This document shows positions 1 to 10,209 of a stretch of DNA of 64,000 bases, piece by piece. The notes beneath the pieces were generated by a model that saw only the letters and a list, made by a program, of their open reading frames with translations, had not been told where the DNA came from and made no database searches. Position numbers and translations under genes: made by a program. Source of the DNA: an uncultured Sphingomonas sp. (GTDB lineage: Bacteria; Pseudomonadota; Alphaproteobacteria; Sphingomonadales; Sphingomonadaceae); assembly GCA_913775025.1 (NCBI GenBank), contig CAJYJW010000086.1, forward strand, positions 27,205-91,204, given 5' to 3'. Position 1 is the first letter of the stretch, and each line of letters starts with the position of its first letter.

Positions 1-274
1 TCTCGTTCACCCGGATCGCCGCGGTTTGAGTTGCATTGATAGCGCCTCGATAAGGTTTCAAGTCGCAGCCTTGATTCCAGCAAAGACTGGAAAGGCAGTC
101 GACCCGTAATTCGCGGAAGCGGCGTCGCGGTCGCCGATCGCAACGTCTGCGCCGGCCTCCGCGGGGGCTAGGGTCACCGCCTCGCCATCCCCGCAAGATG
201 GCCAGGATCAGTCTCACCTTTCTCGCGAGCCCGAGGCGTTCGCCAAGCTCGCGACAAATCCATCTGGGTGCGGA

Positions 275-1471
275 TCAGTCCCACGCAGCGGGAAAGCGGC
301 GAACGATGAGAAAGTTGATCGTCGGGAAATACTCTACCGGACCGACCAGGCGCAGCTTCGGGAGCCTGCGGATGAAGATGCGAAGCGCGATCGCCGCCTC
401 CATCCGGGCCGTCCAAGCGCCCGGACAGAAATGCGCACCGGTTCCGAACGCGATGTGGCGCTTGCCGTCCCGCCGATCGAGCCGGAATTCGTCTGGATCC
501 TCGAACATGTCCGGATCGCGATTGGCGCTGAGGACGGAGAACAACACGCGACTGTTCTGCGGGATCACCTCTCCCGCCATCTCGACGTCGCGGGTGGCGC
601 CCCGGAACATACCTATCGCCGGCGGATCGATGCGCAGCGTCTCTTCGATGGCATTCTCGACCAGATCCGGGCTTTCCTTCACCTGCTCCCACAGATGCGG
701 CCGGGCGAGGAGATGCTGCAACGTGTTCAGCATCAGCGCCCCGGTCGTGTCGACGCCGCCGATGAAGAAGCCGCGCACCGTCCGGCGCAATTCCTCGTTG
801 GTTAGATATCGTCCGTGATAGGTCGCGGTGAGCAGCACGGACGTCAGGCTGTCGTCGATCACCGTGCCGACATGCTCGCGATTTGGACTCTCGATGCCGG
901 CGTCTCGTAGCTGCTGCCGCTTGAAATCGAACTGCTCGTCGAAGAACGCGTATATTTCATCCATCACGCGTTTCTGGACGTCGGGGGCACGGATTATCGC
1001 GTCGAGAAAGGTGTCGGTCCAGCGGCGATAGGTGTCGACACGATCCTCGGGAAAGCCCAGCGCGCGCGCCGTCACCTTGGCCGGCACCGGCTTGCCGAAC
1101 AGCTCCTGCAGATCGCCCGAGCCCGAGCCCTCGAAGCCATCGATCACCTCGTTGGCGATGCGCTCGCAATCCCGAGCCCAACGTTTGACACCCGCCGGCG
1201 ACATATAGGCGTTGTAAAGGCGCTTGAACTCGTTGAAGGCAGGCGGATCCTGGTTGAGCGCGATCAAATGCTCCATCGGTGCAAGCTGGCTGCCCCAGCT
1301 TTTGGAGAAATGCTCGTGGTTCTCGAGCACCGCCTTTACATTTTCGAAGCCGGCCACGAGGTAGTATTCGCCGTCTGCCGACCGAGCGACCGGCGAGGTT
1401 TCCCGTAATGCACTGTGGAACCGCGGACGGTTCGCCATAGCTTCCGGTGTGCTGGCGTCGACGATCTTCAT
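275..1471 (-). CDS. Cytochrome P450 (398 aa)
   Basis: Heme motif HIAFGTGAHFCPG, K-helix EETLR, I-helix IGGVDTT. Start moved to ATG 1471 (MKIVD), which has a GGAGAG RBS. Confidence 0.95.
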   Translation of the reverse strand: MKIVDASTPEAMANRPRFHSALRETSPVARSADGEYYLVAGFENVKAVLENHEHFSKSWGSQLAPMEHLIALNQDPPAFNEFKRLYNAYMSPAGVKRWARDCERIANEVIDGFEGSGSGDLQELFGKPVPAKVTARALGFPEDRVDTYRRWTDTFLDAIIRAPDVQKRVMDEIYAFFDEQFDFKRQQLRDAGIESPNREHVGTVIDDSLTSVLLTATYHGRYLTNEELRRTVRGFFIGGVDTTGALMLNTLQHLLARPHLWEQVKESPDLVENAIEETLRIDPPAIGMFRGATRDVEMAGEVIPQNSRVLFSVLSANRDPDMFEDPDEFRLDRRDGKRHIAFGTGAHFCPGAWTARMEAAIALRIFIRRLPKLRLVGPVEYFPTINFLIVRRFPAAWD

Positions 1472-1689
1472 GGTCTCTCCACTCAAACCACGCCGGGCAT
1501 CAGGCTCCCTCGCATGACGATTGCTATCGGTCGCCCCATCGAGGGTCGAGAGGATGAGCGACTTATCGCATCTGCGAAATGGGGTAGACCGAGCCGTTCG
1601 CCGCGCCCGGCACCGTGTAAATATCAACACGATTAAGACTCTGAGGCCGTCGCGTCGTTAATTTTACTCCCCGCTCAAGTCTTGTCGTC

Positions 1690-1886
1690 TCAGCGGATCG
1701 CGTCGATCCGCAAGGCGGCACGCATCATTGTCTGGATGGGCAAGCCGCGACCATTCGGCGGTAGGTGGCGAGATAGTGGCCGCAGCCGTGCAGCGTCTGA
1801 ATCGCCGAGGCGTCTGCTACTTCCATGTTCAGAATGTCTTTCACGCCCACATTCTGGTCGCGTCCATGTCGGACGGATGTCGATTC
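1690..1886 (-). pseudogene. C-terminal remnant of an NTF2/SnoaL-like (BaiE-type) protein, truncated at the IS3 end
   Basis: Frameshifted ...KDIL...TLHGCGHYLATYRR...LRID* resembles the SnoaL_4 C-terminus (HGYGHYxETYRR...LRID). Confidence 0.5.
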
Positions 1887-2733
1887 TGATCGTCCACCAT
1901 TTTGGCGAACACCTTGGGTTAGCCGGTCATGCGCTGCTCGGCTTGCTGGGGGGGGGATAGCCGAGGGGCGAGGGCATCCGATGCCGGTTGTAGGAGCCTT
2001 CAATGTATCCGGACAGCGCCTGTCGAGCCTTTGTCCGGGGCGCCCACCGGCATTGATGGATCAGTTCGACCGTGAGGGTACCGGGAACGAGGCCGTGGCA
2101 AGCCGTGCCCAGTCCGTAGATCGCGACGGCGATATGAACGTCTTTATAGGTGGCGATGCCGATGACGACGGCCTCAGGTGTGATGCCATGCGTGCGGATC
2201 CTCCAGGCGGGTGAAACCAGAAGGCGTTTCGCGAGCGGACAGGGCCGTGACGGGACGGCACTCCTCAGGCTCCTGTCAAGTCACGTCTCGCGACGCCCCG
2301 GGTGCAGCGCGGAGGGCACACAGATCAACGCCATGACACGTGGTCAATCGTAAGAACAGGTCAGGCCTACCAGACCGCATCGGTATACTCATAGTCTTAG
2401 CAGCTGCCGGTGCGGCTCATTGAGGACGTGGCGTGGATCGCCGACAGGCAATCGGCATAGGCCCCGGCGACATATCGCGACCCGCGATCCGAGTGGCAGA
2501 CGAGGCCGGGCGCTGGATGCTGCCGCTGAGCGGCCATCGTCACGGCAGGAAGTGGCAACTCGGCTCGCATATGGTCCCTGATGGCGCGCCTGGAGACGGC
2601 GCCCGTCACTGAGCAGCGCCACCGCCTCGCGCTTTCACTCCTCCGTAAACCGACGCTTCGTCCTAGTCGCCATCATACACCTCCTGGCTCCGCAAAGCCT
2701 GTCATCGGTGTTCGTCAAACCAGGGGACGATCA
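1887..2733 (-). mobile_element. Degenerate IS3-family element, internally deleted, with both terminal IRs
   Basis: IRs TGATCGTCCACCATTTTGGCGAACACC (1887, + strand) and TGATCGTCCCCTGGTTTGACGAACACC (2733, - strand). OrfA start MATRTKRRFTEE is fused to integrase core HSDRGSRY...SMSRTGSC. OrfB C-terminus YIEGSYNRHR at about 1920-2075. Confidence 0.9.
2079..2394 (-). mobile_element. IS110-family remnant (5' non-coding end plus frameshifted recombinase N-terminus) inside the IS3
   Basis: AVVIGIATYKDVHIAVAIYGLG matches the IS110 N-terminal GIDTHKDxHxAxxxDxxG motif. ATG 2189 has a GGAGG RBS. About 190 bp of non-coding leader interrupts IS3 orfB. Confidence 0.75.
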
Positions 2734-2925
2734 AAATCGCTCGATATGAAGATGCTCTGGCGCAGAGCTACCGCCCCTGCCGACAACGATGTTGCGGACT
2801 CTGGAACCTGCCATCGCTGTTATCAGGCGAGCATTCGGGGATGATGCTCGCAAAGAGAAGCGGGCTCTCCCGAATGGAAGAGTCCGCAGCTGTTCATCAA
2901 CGCAACTTCGAGAGGATCGGTTTCG

Positions 2926-3300
2926 TCAGGCCATATTTGGCCCAGGATCAAGGAACGCGCGCATGGCAGCGATCCGTCCATCCTGCGCGAAGGAGAATAT
3001 CTCGATTACGCTTGTTTCGCTGACGTCGCCGCTCGGCAATGTTGCTTGAACCTGCATGTGCATCGCCGCCTCATGTCCGTTTGCGATCACGCGCAATGGT
3101 TTGAGCTGCACGCGAACCCCGGCGGCCTTTGTGCCGTCGAAGGACTGCTCCAGCGCCTCGCGCCCGCGCGGGGCGGCATCGGCCGGCTCCACGATCGTCG
3201 GCTGCTCGACGAACAGGGCTAGCCATCCCTCGCGATCGCCCTCGGTAAAGCGGCGCGCATACTCATGCGCGACCGCCGTCATCTGCTCAACCGTGGGCAT
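2926..3300 (-). CDS. NTF2/SnoaL-fold protein, ketosteroid-isomerase-like (124 aa)
   Basis: EY...WLALF...VEP...GREAL...IEIFSF..DGRIAAMRAF pattern; overlaps the P450 stop. Confidence 0.8.
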   Translation of the reverse strand: MPTVEQMTAVAHEYARRFTEGDREGWLALFVEQPTIVEPADAAPRGREALEQSFDGTKAAGVRVQLKPLRVIANGHEAAMHMQVQATLPSGDVSETSVIEIFSFAQDGRIAAMRAFLDPGPNMA

Positions 3301-4516
3301 GACGATGCTCCGTCCCCTCGCTCGCAGCAGCGATCTTCGGCCCCGGCGTGAAGGTCACCCGCATGTGGCTCATGCCTCGATTGAGGCTGGGGAACCGCTC
3401 GGTTCCACCTTCGACAATCTGGTAATCGGGAAGACGGGCAAGCACGCGCTCGATCATCACCTCAAGTTCAACGATGGCGAGATGGCGGCCGAGGCAGAGA
3501 TGCGGGCCGTGCCCGAAGCCGACATGATGGCTCACCTTGCGATCCGCCTTGAACACGTCTGGCTCGGGAAACGCCTCCGGATCATGATTGGCGGCCAACC
3601 AATTAAGCTGGACGACATCGCCCTTTCGGAAGCGATGGCCGCCAATCTCGATCTCCTCGGTGACACCGCGCGAATGCTGCGGCACCGGGCTGACGAGCCG
3701 GACGAATTCGTTGATCGATCCTGGAATGCGCGATGGATCCTCCAGAAGGTAGCGCCTCAGAGCGGGATCGCGGCCGATCATGTTGAAGATATAGCCGCCG
3801 GCATTGGCCGTCGTATCAAGGCCGCCGAGGATTACGAGCATGACGAGGCCGCGCCATTCGTCGCGCGTGATCGGGCGGCCGTCGATCTCGAAATCGAGCA
3901 TCTGGCTCGGAACGTCGCTGCCCGGCGCGGCGCGCCTCATGTCGTAAAGTTCGGCGGTATAGTCCGTCATCTTGCGGGCGGCGTCCATATCCATCGTGGC
4001 CACGAACGATGCGGCCCAACCCTGGAATTCGCGACGGCGCTCTTGCGGCAGATGCAGCAGATCCGAGATCAGCACCGCCGGCAATTCGATGCTGTACTGG
4101 TCGGCCAGGTCACCCTCACCCGTTTCGATGAACTGATCGATGAGATCGTCGCAGATTTTGCGGATCTCGCCTTCCAGCCCCCGCGCCATCTTGGGTGTGA
4201 AGATGCGCTGAAGCGGCATGCGGAAATCGCGATGACGGGGATCATCGTCGGTGATCATCGGCTGGCGCAGCATCCCGTTATGATCGAACGGGAAGCCGGG
4301 GCCAGGGCCGTTCTCCAGCGCGCTGCTAAGCCGCATGTCGCGAGCGCCCTTCACGCAATCGGCGTATTTGGTCAGGATGTAATAGCCACCATGCTGATCG
4401 CTGTGACCTACTGGGCATCGGGTGCGCAAGGCCTGGAGATAAGGAATTGGATCTTCCATCGCGGCCATCTTGAGATGATCGTAGTCGGTCCAGTCGGGAC
4501 TCGGCGTGTCGGTCAT
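3287..4516 (-). CDS. Cytochrome P450 (409 aa)
   Basis: HVGFGHGPHLCLG heme motif, EFVR, LGGLDTT. Confidence 0.95.
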   Translation of the reverse strand: MTDTPSPDWTDYDHLKMAAMEDPIPYLQALRTRCPVGHSDQHGGYYILTKYADCVKGARDMRLSSALENGPGPGFPFDHNGMLRQPMITDDDPRHRDFRMPLQRIFTPKMARGLEGEIRKICDDLIDQFIETGEGDLADQYSIELPAVLISDLLHLPQERRREFQGWAASFVATMDMDAARKMTDYTAELYDMRRAAPGSDVPSQMLDFEIDGRPITRDEWRGLVMLVILGGLDTTANAGGYIFNMIGRDPALRRYLLEDPSRIPGSINEFVRLVSPVPQHSRGVTEEIEIGGHRFRKGDVVQLNWLAANHDPEAFPEPDVFKADRKVSHHVGFGHGPHLCLGRHLAIVELEVMIERVLARLPDYQIVEGGTERFPSLNRGMSHMRVTFTPGPKIAAASEGTEHRHAHG

Positions 4517-4537
4517 GGTATCTCCGTCAATCAGGCT

Positions 4538-5311
4538 TCAAAGCGGCTCGTCGCCACGCAACAGCACGTCGCTGCCGCCGTCCACGAAGGGGACTTGACC
4601 GACCAGAAAGCGATTCTCGGCGGACGCGAGGAATGCCAGCAGCGGCGCAATATCATCGGGCTCGGCATAATCGTCGACGGCGATCGGCACCGACTTGGCG
4701 AGCATCGCCCTACCGTCCGGGTCGGCGAGGATCGGGTTGGCCATCGCCGTCTTGATCGTGCCGGGCGCGACGCCGTTCAGGAGCACGCCCCGGCCGGCCC
4801 ATTCGGCGGCGGGTGCCGTACGGCGGATCCATTGGGTCAACGCGCGTTTGGACGAGGCATAAGCGGCGTTCCCGTCGCGCGCGCCGATCTCTCGCGCGCC
4901 GGCCTCGTCATCCGCCAGGCAGCGCGTGACAAGCGCCTCGACAGGCGGAAAAAGGGACGCGATCGAGGATATCACCACAGCCCGCGGCGACGGCGCCTCG
5001 GCCAGACGCGGCAGCAACCGGGTCAGCAGGCGGGTCGCGCCGAAGAAATTGACCGAGACGGCACGCGCGCCATCGTTCGGCAGCGACACGCCGGCACAGC
5101 AGATCACCGCATCGATCCGCGGCAGTTCCGAAAGGAGGCGATCGGCGGCCGCATCGCGGGCGGCGGCGTCCGCGAGATCGGCCGTCATATCGGCACCATG
5201 CAGATCAACCCCCACCACGCGCTCGCCGCGTGCCGCGAGCAGCTGCGACACTGATCGCCCGATGCCCGATCCGGCGCCGGTGACGATCGTCGTACGCGGC
5301 CCCGCCGTCAC
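4538..5311 (-). CDS. SDR, 3alpha-hydroxysteroid dehydrogenase/carbonyl reductase-like
   Basis: TGAGSGIG, VSVNFFGAT, AVVISSIAS, NAAYASSK, LNGVAPG are collinear with Comamonas 3alpha-HSD as recalled. GTG start overlaps the upstream TGA. Confidence 0.85.
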   Translation of the reverse strand: MTAGPRTTIVTGAGSGIGRSVSQLLAARGERVVGVDLHGADMTADLADAAARDAAADRLLSELPRIDAVICCAGVSLPNDGARAVSVNFFGATRLLTRLLPRLAEAPSPRAVVISSIASLFPPVEALVTRCLADDEAGAREIGARDGNAAYASSKRALTQWIRRTAPAAEWAGRGVLLNGVAPGTIKTAMANPILADPDGRAMLAKSVPIAVDDYAEPDDIAPLLAFLASAENRFLVGQVPFVDGGSDVLLRGDEPL

Positions 5312-5421
5312 GCGGCCACCGCCTCGCAAAGGACGTCCGTGGCCGTAACCGCCTGGCCGATCACACGGCTCATGGCGACCGCGTTGCTGCTGTCGATCGT
5401 GATCAAATCATAGTCCGCCAT
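5308..5421 (-). pseudogene. 37-codon collapsed remnant, possibly of an FAD-dependent oxidoreductase
   Basis: RBS then MADYDLITI (like a Rossmann start DYDvIvIGxG) joined to NAVAMSRVIGQAV (like a flavoprotein C-terminus); stop is coupled to the SDR start. Confidence 0.4.
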
Positions 5422-5507
5422 CACTGCTCTCCCGCTCGCGCCCTTTCCAGGCGTCCTCTCAATTCGGACAAAACGGAGGACGGTTCGCCGGCCTCCGGAC
5501 GGCACCA

Positions 5508-6287
5508 TCAATGGGTCAGCCCGGGCTTTGCCTCGACCGCTTTAAGATCATAGAGGTGCCCGCTCTTCAGCGAACCCGCCCGCGTCGCGCGTAGCGCGAA
5601 GCGTCGATATCGCGGCGAGTGGCCGGTGGCGGCGTGCATCTTCCGCCGATCCTCCCACACAACCGGATCGTTCGCGGCCAAGACGAAACCGTATTTCAGC
5701 GTGTGAGGGACGATGAAGCTGAGGATCTCATCGCTCTGCTCATCCAAGAAGCCAAGCACACGGGCGAAATAGGTCGGGCTGAGGGAGAGAGTTTCCTTAC
5801 CCGTCGCCGGATGCTCGATCATCATCGTATATACCGCCGGCCGGGAGCCGGACGTCGCCTCTCCGGTCGCCCAGCGGATGCCCGGCCAGTTTACGCCACG
5901 CGCCGTCTCGCAGCAGTCGAGGTGCGGCGTCTTTTCGACCTGCAATCCCGCGGTCTGGCGCGCCCAATCCTCCGGCAGCGCATCATAGGCGGCCGCCGTG
6001 TCGGAAAACAGCGTGACGTCACCTCCCTCGGGGCGCTCCAGCACAGGCAGCATCGAGCGCCTACAGGTATCGACCGTATACGCGCCGAAGCGGCGACTGA
6101 GCCAGGCATGCTGCGCGTTGTTTACCGGCGTGCCGCGGAAGACGGCGACGCCGTAGCGCATCCAGTCGGCATAGAGATTCCGCGTCAGATCGGCATCGCC
6201 CAGCCTGTTCAAGCCCAGATCCTGAATCATGGCCGCGACTGGCAGCGAATTGACGCGGTAGAATACCCTCTCGATCCTCCCACCCAT
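5508..6287 (-). pseudogene. Degenerate TauD/TfdA-family Fe(II)/2OG dioxygenase
   Basis: YGVAVFRG, TLFSDTAAAYDALP, HPATGKETL and VVWEDRRKMHAA are present, but the HxD iron-binding segment is missing. Confidence 0.7.
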
Positions 6288-6588
6288 TCAACCGATCTCT
6301 CTATGTGGTTCTCGTCCTCCCGATCAGGGCATCGAGCGCGCATGCTTAAGCGGCGCCGTGATAACCAAGTTCGTCGGATCGCTCATGAGGTGCTGATGTA
6401 GGATATGCGAGAGGCAAAGGATGTCAATCTGCATAACCAGACTTTAGTCCAATTCACACCTGCGATAGGAGCGCCTCTCATCGGGAACGGGGTTGCAATG
6501 CAACAATCGCGCGGCCAGCCTCATCGTCGGAGCCAGAGGCGACCGGGCTAGTCATCGGACGCGTGGCAATTAGAGCGAGCATCCCAGC

Positions 6589-7332
6589 ATGAAACTGGCG
6601 CGAATCGAATGGGCTGGCCGTAAGATTTGGGCCGAAATCGAGGATGGCATCGCCTATGAGGCGGAGGCGCCCGGCACATCATCCGCGCGTGGCGCCCGCC
6701 TCGGTTCCGCGGACGAGGGGCGGCGCCTTGCGCCCATCATGCCGCACAACAAGGTGATCGGGCTCCTCGACAATTTTGACGGCAAGAAGGATCGCAAGGG
6801 ACCGGGGCTTTTCCTCAAGCCGATGAGCGCGGTGATTGCGGACGGCGACATCATTCGCGCACCGCAGGATGTCGGCGCCCCGAACCAGGAAGCCGAACTG
6901 GGCGTGGTCATCGGCAAGCGTGCGACGCGGGTTTCCGTCGCGCATGCGCCTGCCCACATCCTGGGTTACGTCGTCACCAACGACGTGACCTGCTTTCCAG
7001 CGTTGGAGGCGGATGGTTTCACGTCGCTCTCGACGCGCTTTAAGATGTATGACGACTTCATGCCCATTGGGCCTTGGATCGATACCGGATTTGATCCGAG
7101 CGGCCGCGCGCTACGCTCGTTCGTCAACGGCGAGTTGAAACAGTCAGCAAATCTGGACGACATGGCGTTTAACGTCAGCGAGGTGGTCTCATGGGTCAGT
7201 CACGTGATGACGCTCGAGCCGGGAGATATCGTCAGCATGGGGACGTGCCCCGGCTTCGTGCCGCTTTCGCCCGGTGACGTGGTCCGCTGTGAGATCGATG
7301 GCCTCGGTTCGATAGAGAATCAGATCGGTTAA
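6589..7332 (+). CDS. Fumarylacetoacetate hydrolase family protein
   Basis: FLKP, EAELGVVIGK, GYVVTNDVT, PIGPWI, TLEPGDIVSMGT. Confidence 0.93.
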   Translation: MKLARIEWAGRKIWAEIEDGIAYEAEAPGTSSARGARLGSADEGRRLAPIMPHNKVIGLLDNFDGKKDRKGPGLFLKPMSAVIADGDIIRAPQDVGAPNQEAELGVVIGKRATRVSVAHAPAHILGYVVTNDVTCFPALEADGFTSLSTRFKMYDDFMPIGPWIDTGFDPSGRALRSFVNGELKQSANLDDMAFNVSEVVSWVSHVMTLEPGDIVSMGTCPGFVPLSPGDVVRCEIDGLGSIENQIG

Positions 7333-7834
7333 ACGTGTCGGCTTGTCCGACGCCGGCATTGCCTGCGCCATCCGACAAGACGAGCCGTGGACGCCACAAA
7401 TCGTACGCCGCATGCCCTAAGTCATAAAGCTACTACCTAGTCCCATTAGTGCTCGGGCAACTGAAACTGTAAGCTCTATTATCAATATCTATGAGAGACT
7501 TTTGTCAGCCTGGCGACCTGTCCAGTAGCAAGCGTTAATAACCGTGACTGAGTGTTTTTTAATCGCAAGTCAGCCTTGGCGACTATGCTCACGCTGCGAG
7601 CTACACGACATTTTTCTCTTGTAAGTGATGGTCTCATTCAGTTAGTGAAACTCACGTAAGTTTACGCTCGATATGCCCGCCCGGAGGGCGGGACAAGAAC
7701 GAATGGCAGAAGCTTCGTCGTGGAGCTTGCGGCCGCCTAATCTTTCGTAACGCCCATAGATAAAACGCAGACCGAAGAGCGGGACTCGTTGAGTCATAGA
7801 CTGAAGCATATAACGCGCAAAGAGGGGATTCTTG

Positions 7835-10069
7835 ATGAAAGCTCACAGTATAGTTGCGGTCATATTGTGCGCTGGCGTTTCCAGCGGCGCCTTGGCGCAA
7901 GCTATCGAAGCAGCCCCCGCGGCGGCACCCGCTTCGGCGGCAACGTCGGAGGGTGATCAGGCCGACATCATCGTCACCGCTCAGAAGCGCGCTGAGCGCC
8001 TGCAGGACGTGCCGATCTCGATTACCACCCAATCGGCAGACCAGCTCCAATCCGCCGGTGTGCAAACGACCAAGGACCTGACGAAAGTCGTGCCTGGCCT
8101 GGTCTTCGCCCAGAACGAGGCATTTTCTCAACCTGCGATTCGCGGCGTGACCTCGTCGATCACTGTGGCCGGTGCCGAGAACCCGATCGCGATCTACCTT
8201 GACGGAGTTTACCAGCCGTCGGTTACAGCGGCACTCTATGACCTGCCGGATGTCGATCATATAGAGGTCTTGAAGGGGCCGCAGGGCACGCTGTTCGGCC
8301 GCAACGCCACCGGCGGCGCCATCCAGATCCTGACCAAGACTCCATCCTACACGACGACGGGCAAATTCACGATTGCGGACGGGCTGTATACCGGCGGTTC
8401 CGCGCGCAATGCGAATGAGATTAGTGCCAACGGTTTCATCAGCGGACCGATCGTGGGTGACTCGCTCGCCTACAGCGTATCCGGCTTCTACCGCTACAAT
8501 CCCGGCTACATGGTCAACGACGTAACCGGCGGCCGTGCGGGTCTACAGAGGACCTATGGGACACGGGTCAAGCTGCTCTGGGAGCCTTCGAGCGACGTCA
8601 AGTTCCTTCTGAGCGGTTACTACAACAGGAGCTACGACGAAGCAGCCTATAGCCGCGCACCCTTGAACGGCATCACGACCGGTGCGGCATTCGCGGATGC
8701 CGTGATACCAACACGCCCGTGGCACATCGCGGTCGATCCGAACCAGCCGGATCTCATGCGGCTCAAAGCCTATGGGATCAGCCTGAAGGGCGACATCAAG
8801 ACCTCGGTCGGCACGTTCACCACCATCACCGGCTATTCAAATTCAAAGAACCCAAACTTCGTCAACTCGAGCGGTGTTTACTCACAAAGCTGCGAGCTAG
8901 CATTCACATGTCTGTCGTATAATCTAACCTCCAATAGTGAATCCATATCGCAAGAGGTTGACTATACTTCGGAGAAGTTCGGTATTTTCTCAGTAACCGC
9001 GGGTTTATTCTACTATCATAATTTTGGAAATACGCAGGACGTTGACGTGCTATCCGGCCCGAATGCGAGCATCAGGGCGTTCGGCTATCGCGATTCGGTC
9101 AAGACGAGTGCCTATGCCGGCTTCGCCGAGCTGAACGCCGATATCACAGATCGACTGCACGTCATTCTCGGAGGCCGCTACAGCCGCGAGAAGCTGACCG
9201 CAGACGCCAGTTTCGTCCCATCGCTTCAGGTGCCCGTGCCGGCACCGATCCCCGTCGCGGTACCCGGGCGGAAGGACGATGCGTTCACGTCGCGCGCGTC
9301 CATACGCTACTCTTTCGATCGATCGACCAACGCGTACTTCACCTACAGCAAGGGCTTTCGCAGCGGCGCGCTGCCGCAGCCTTTCGATCCAAACCTGACC
9401 CCGGTTGCGCCGGAGAAGCTTGACTCCTACGAGGTAGGCATCAAGACCGCCCGTCGCCTGTTCTCGTTCAATGCTGCGTTTTTCTACTACAAATATAAGA
9501 ATCTTCAGCTGACCAAGTTCGTAGGCGCGCTTTCCACGCCGCAGAACGCGGCCTCGTCGACGATCTACGGCGCAGACGTGGACGGAAGCATCAAATTGTC
9601 GTCCGATCTGCAACTGACGGCAGGCCTCAACTACACGCCGCGTGCGAAGTTCGACAATTACACCAATGCTCCCTTGTTCTTCCCGCCCGCGACCGGCGGC
9701 TTCGCTCCGCCCATCTCAATCCTCAACGGCGATGCCTCGGGCTTGCGGATCACGCGCATCCCGAAATTCTCGGGCAGCATCGGGGTGAATTGGCAGCATG
9801 AGTTCGACTTCGGCAAGGCGGGGTTCAACGCCAACCTCTATCATTCGAGCAGCTACAAGTGGGACGTGGTCGGTTCGGTGAAGACCAGGGCCTATGAGGA
9901 CCTTTCAGGCCAGTTCTATATCGAAAAGGACGGCGTGCGTGTCTCGATCTTCGGCAAGAATCTGCTGAACAAGGCGGCTATCAACGGCAGCCAGCCCAGC
10001 GACACGGTCTTCCCGGTGCTCTATATTCCGCCACGCCAGATCGGCGTATCGCTCGGCTACAGCTTCTGA
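7835..10069 (+). CDS. TonB-dependent receptor
   Basis: Signal peptide, DIIVTAQKR..LQDVPISI, IEVLKGPQGTLFGRNATGG, C-terminal YSF. Confidence 0.96.
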   Translation: MKAHSIVAVILCAGVSSGALAQAIEAAPAAAPASAATSEGDQADIIVTAQKRAERLQDVPISITTQSADQLQSAGVQTTKDLTKVVPGLVFAQNEAFSQPAIRGVTSSITVAGAENPIAIYLDGVYQPSVTAALYDLPDVDHIEVLKGPQGTLFGRNATGGAIQILTKTPSYTTTGKFTIADGLYTGGSARNANEISANGFISGPIVGDSLAYSVSGFYRYNPGYMVNDVTGGRAGLQRTYGTRVKLLWEPSSDVKFLLSGYYNRSYDEAAYSRAPLNGITTGAAFADAVIPTRPWHIAVDPNQPDLMRLKAYGISLKGDIKTSVGTFTTITGYSNSKNPNFVNSSGVYSQSCELAFTCLSYNLTSNSESISQEVDYTSEKFGIFSVTAGLFYYHNFGNTQDVDVLSGPNASIRAFGYRDSVKTSAYAGFAELNADITDRLHVILGGRYSREKLTADASFVPSLQVPVPAPIPVAVPGRKDDAFTSRASIRYSFDRSTNAYFTYSKGFRSGALPQPFDPNLTPVAPEKLDSYEVGIKTARRLFSFNAAFFYYKYKNLQLTKFVGALSTPQNAASSTIYGADVDGSIKLSSDLQLTAGLNYTPRAKFDNYTNAPLFFPPATGGFAPPISILNGDASGLRITRIPKFSGSIGVNWQHEFDFGKAGFNANLYHSSSYKWDVVGSVKTRAYEDLSGQFYIEKDGVRVSIFGKNLLNKAAINGSQPSDTVFPVLYIPPRQIGVSLGYSF

Positions 10070-10079
10070 TCGTTCCGGA

Positions 10080-10106
10080 GGCGCGCGGGTGAAATGCCCG
10101 CGCGCC
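10080..10106 (+). terminator. GC-rich hairpin after the TBDR gene
   Basis: GGCGCGCGGG / CCCGCGCGCC 10-bp stem; no U-tract. Confidence 0.45.
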
Positions 10107-10209
10107 GATGATCGGCAATCAAGGGCGTTCCGGACTTGTCGAGGGAGGTGAGCCTCGACTGCGATCGACGTCATTCCAGTTTCGAGCGTCATCGACCAGC
10201 CAGAGTAAA

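Noticed and set aside
1948..1956. G9 homopolymer as a phase-variation tract
   Set aside because: It lies inside a dead IS3 orfB, so there is no functional gene to switch.
1882..2738. Target-site duplication around the IS3
   Set aside because: The flanks (GATTC and AAATC) are not a direct repeat at the junctions.
3056..5254. 732-aa plus-strand ORF
   Set aside because: Antisense shadow of the P450 and SDR genes; no motifs; typical of high-GC DNA.
6492..6504. GTTGCA-A-TGCAAC palindrome
   Set aside because: Short, and I saw no second copy; could be chance.
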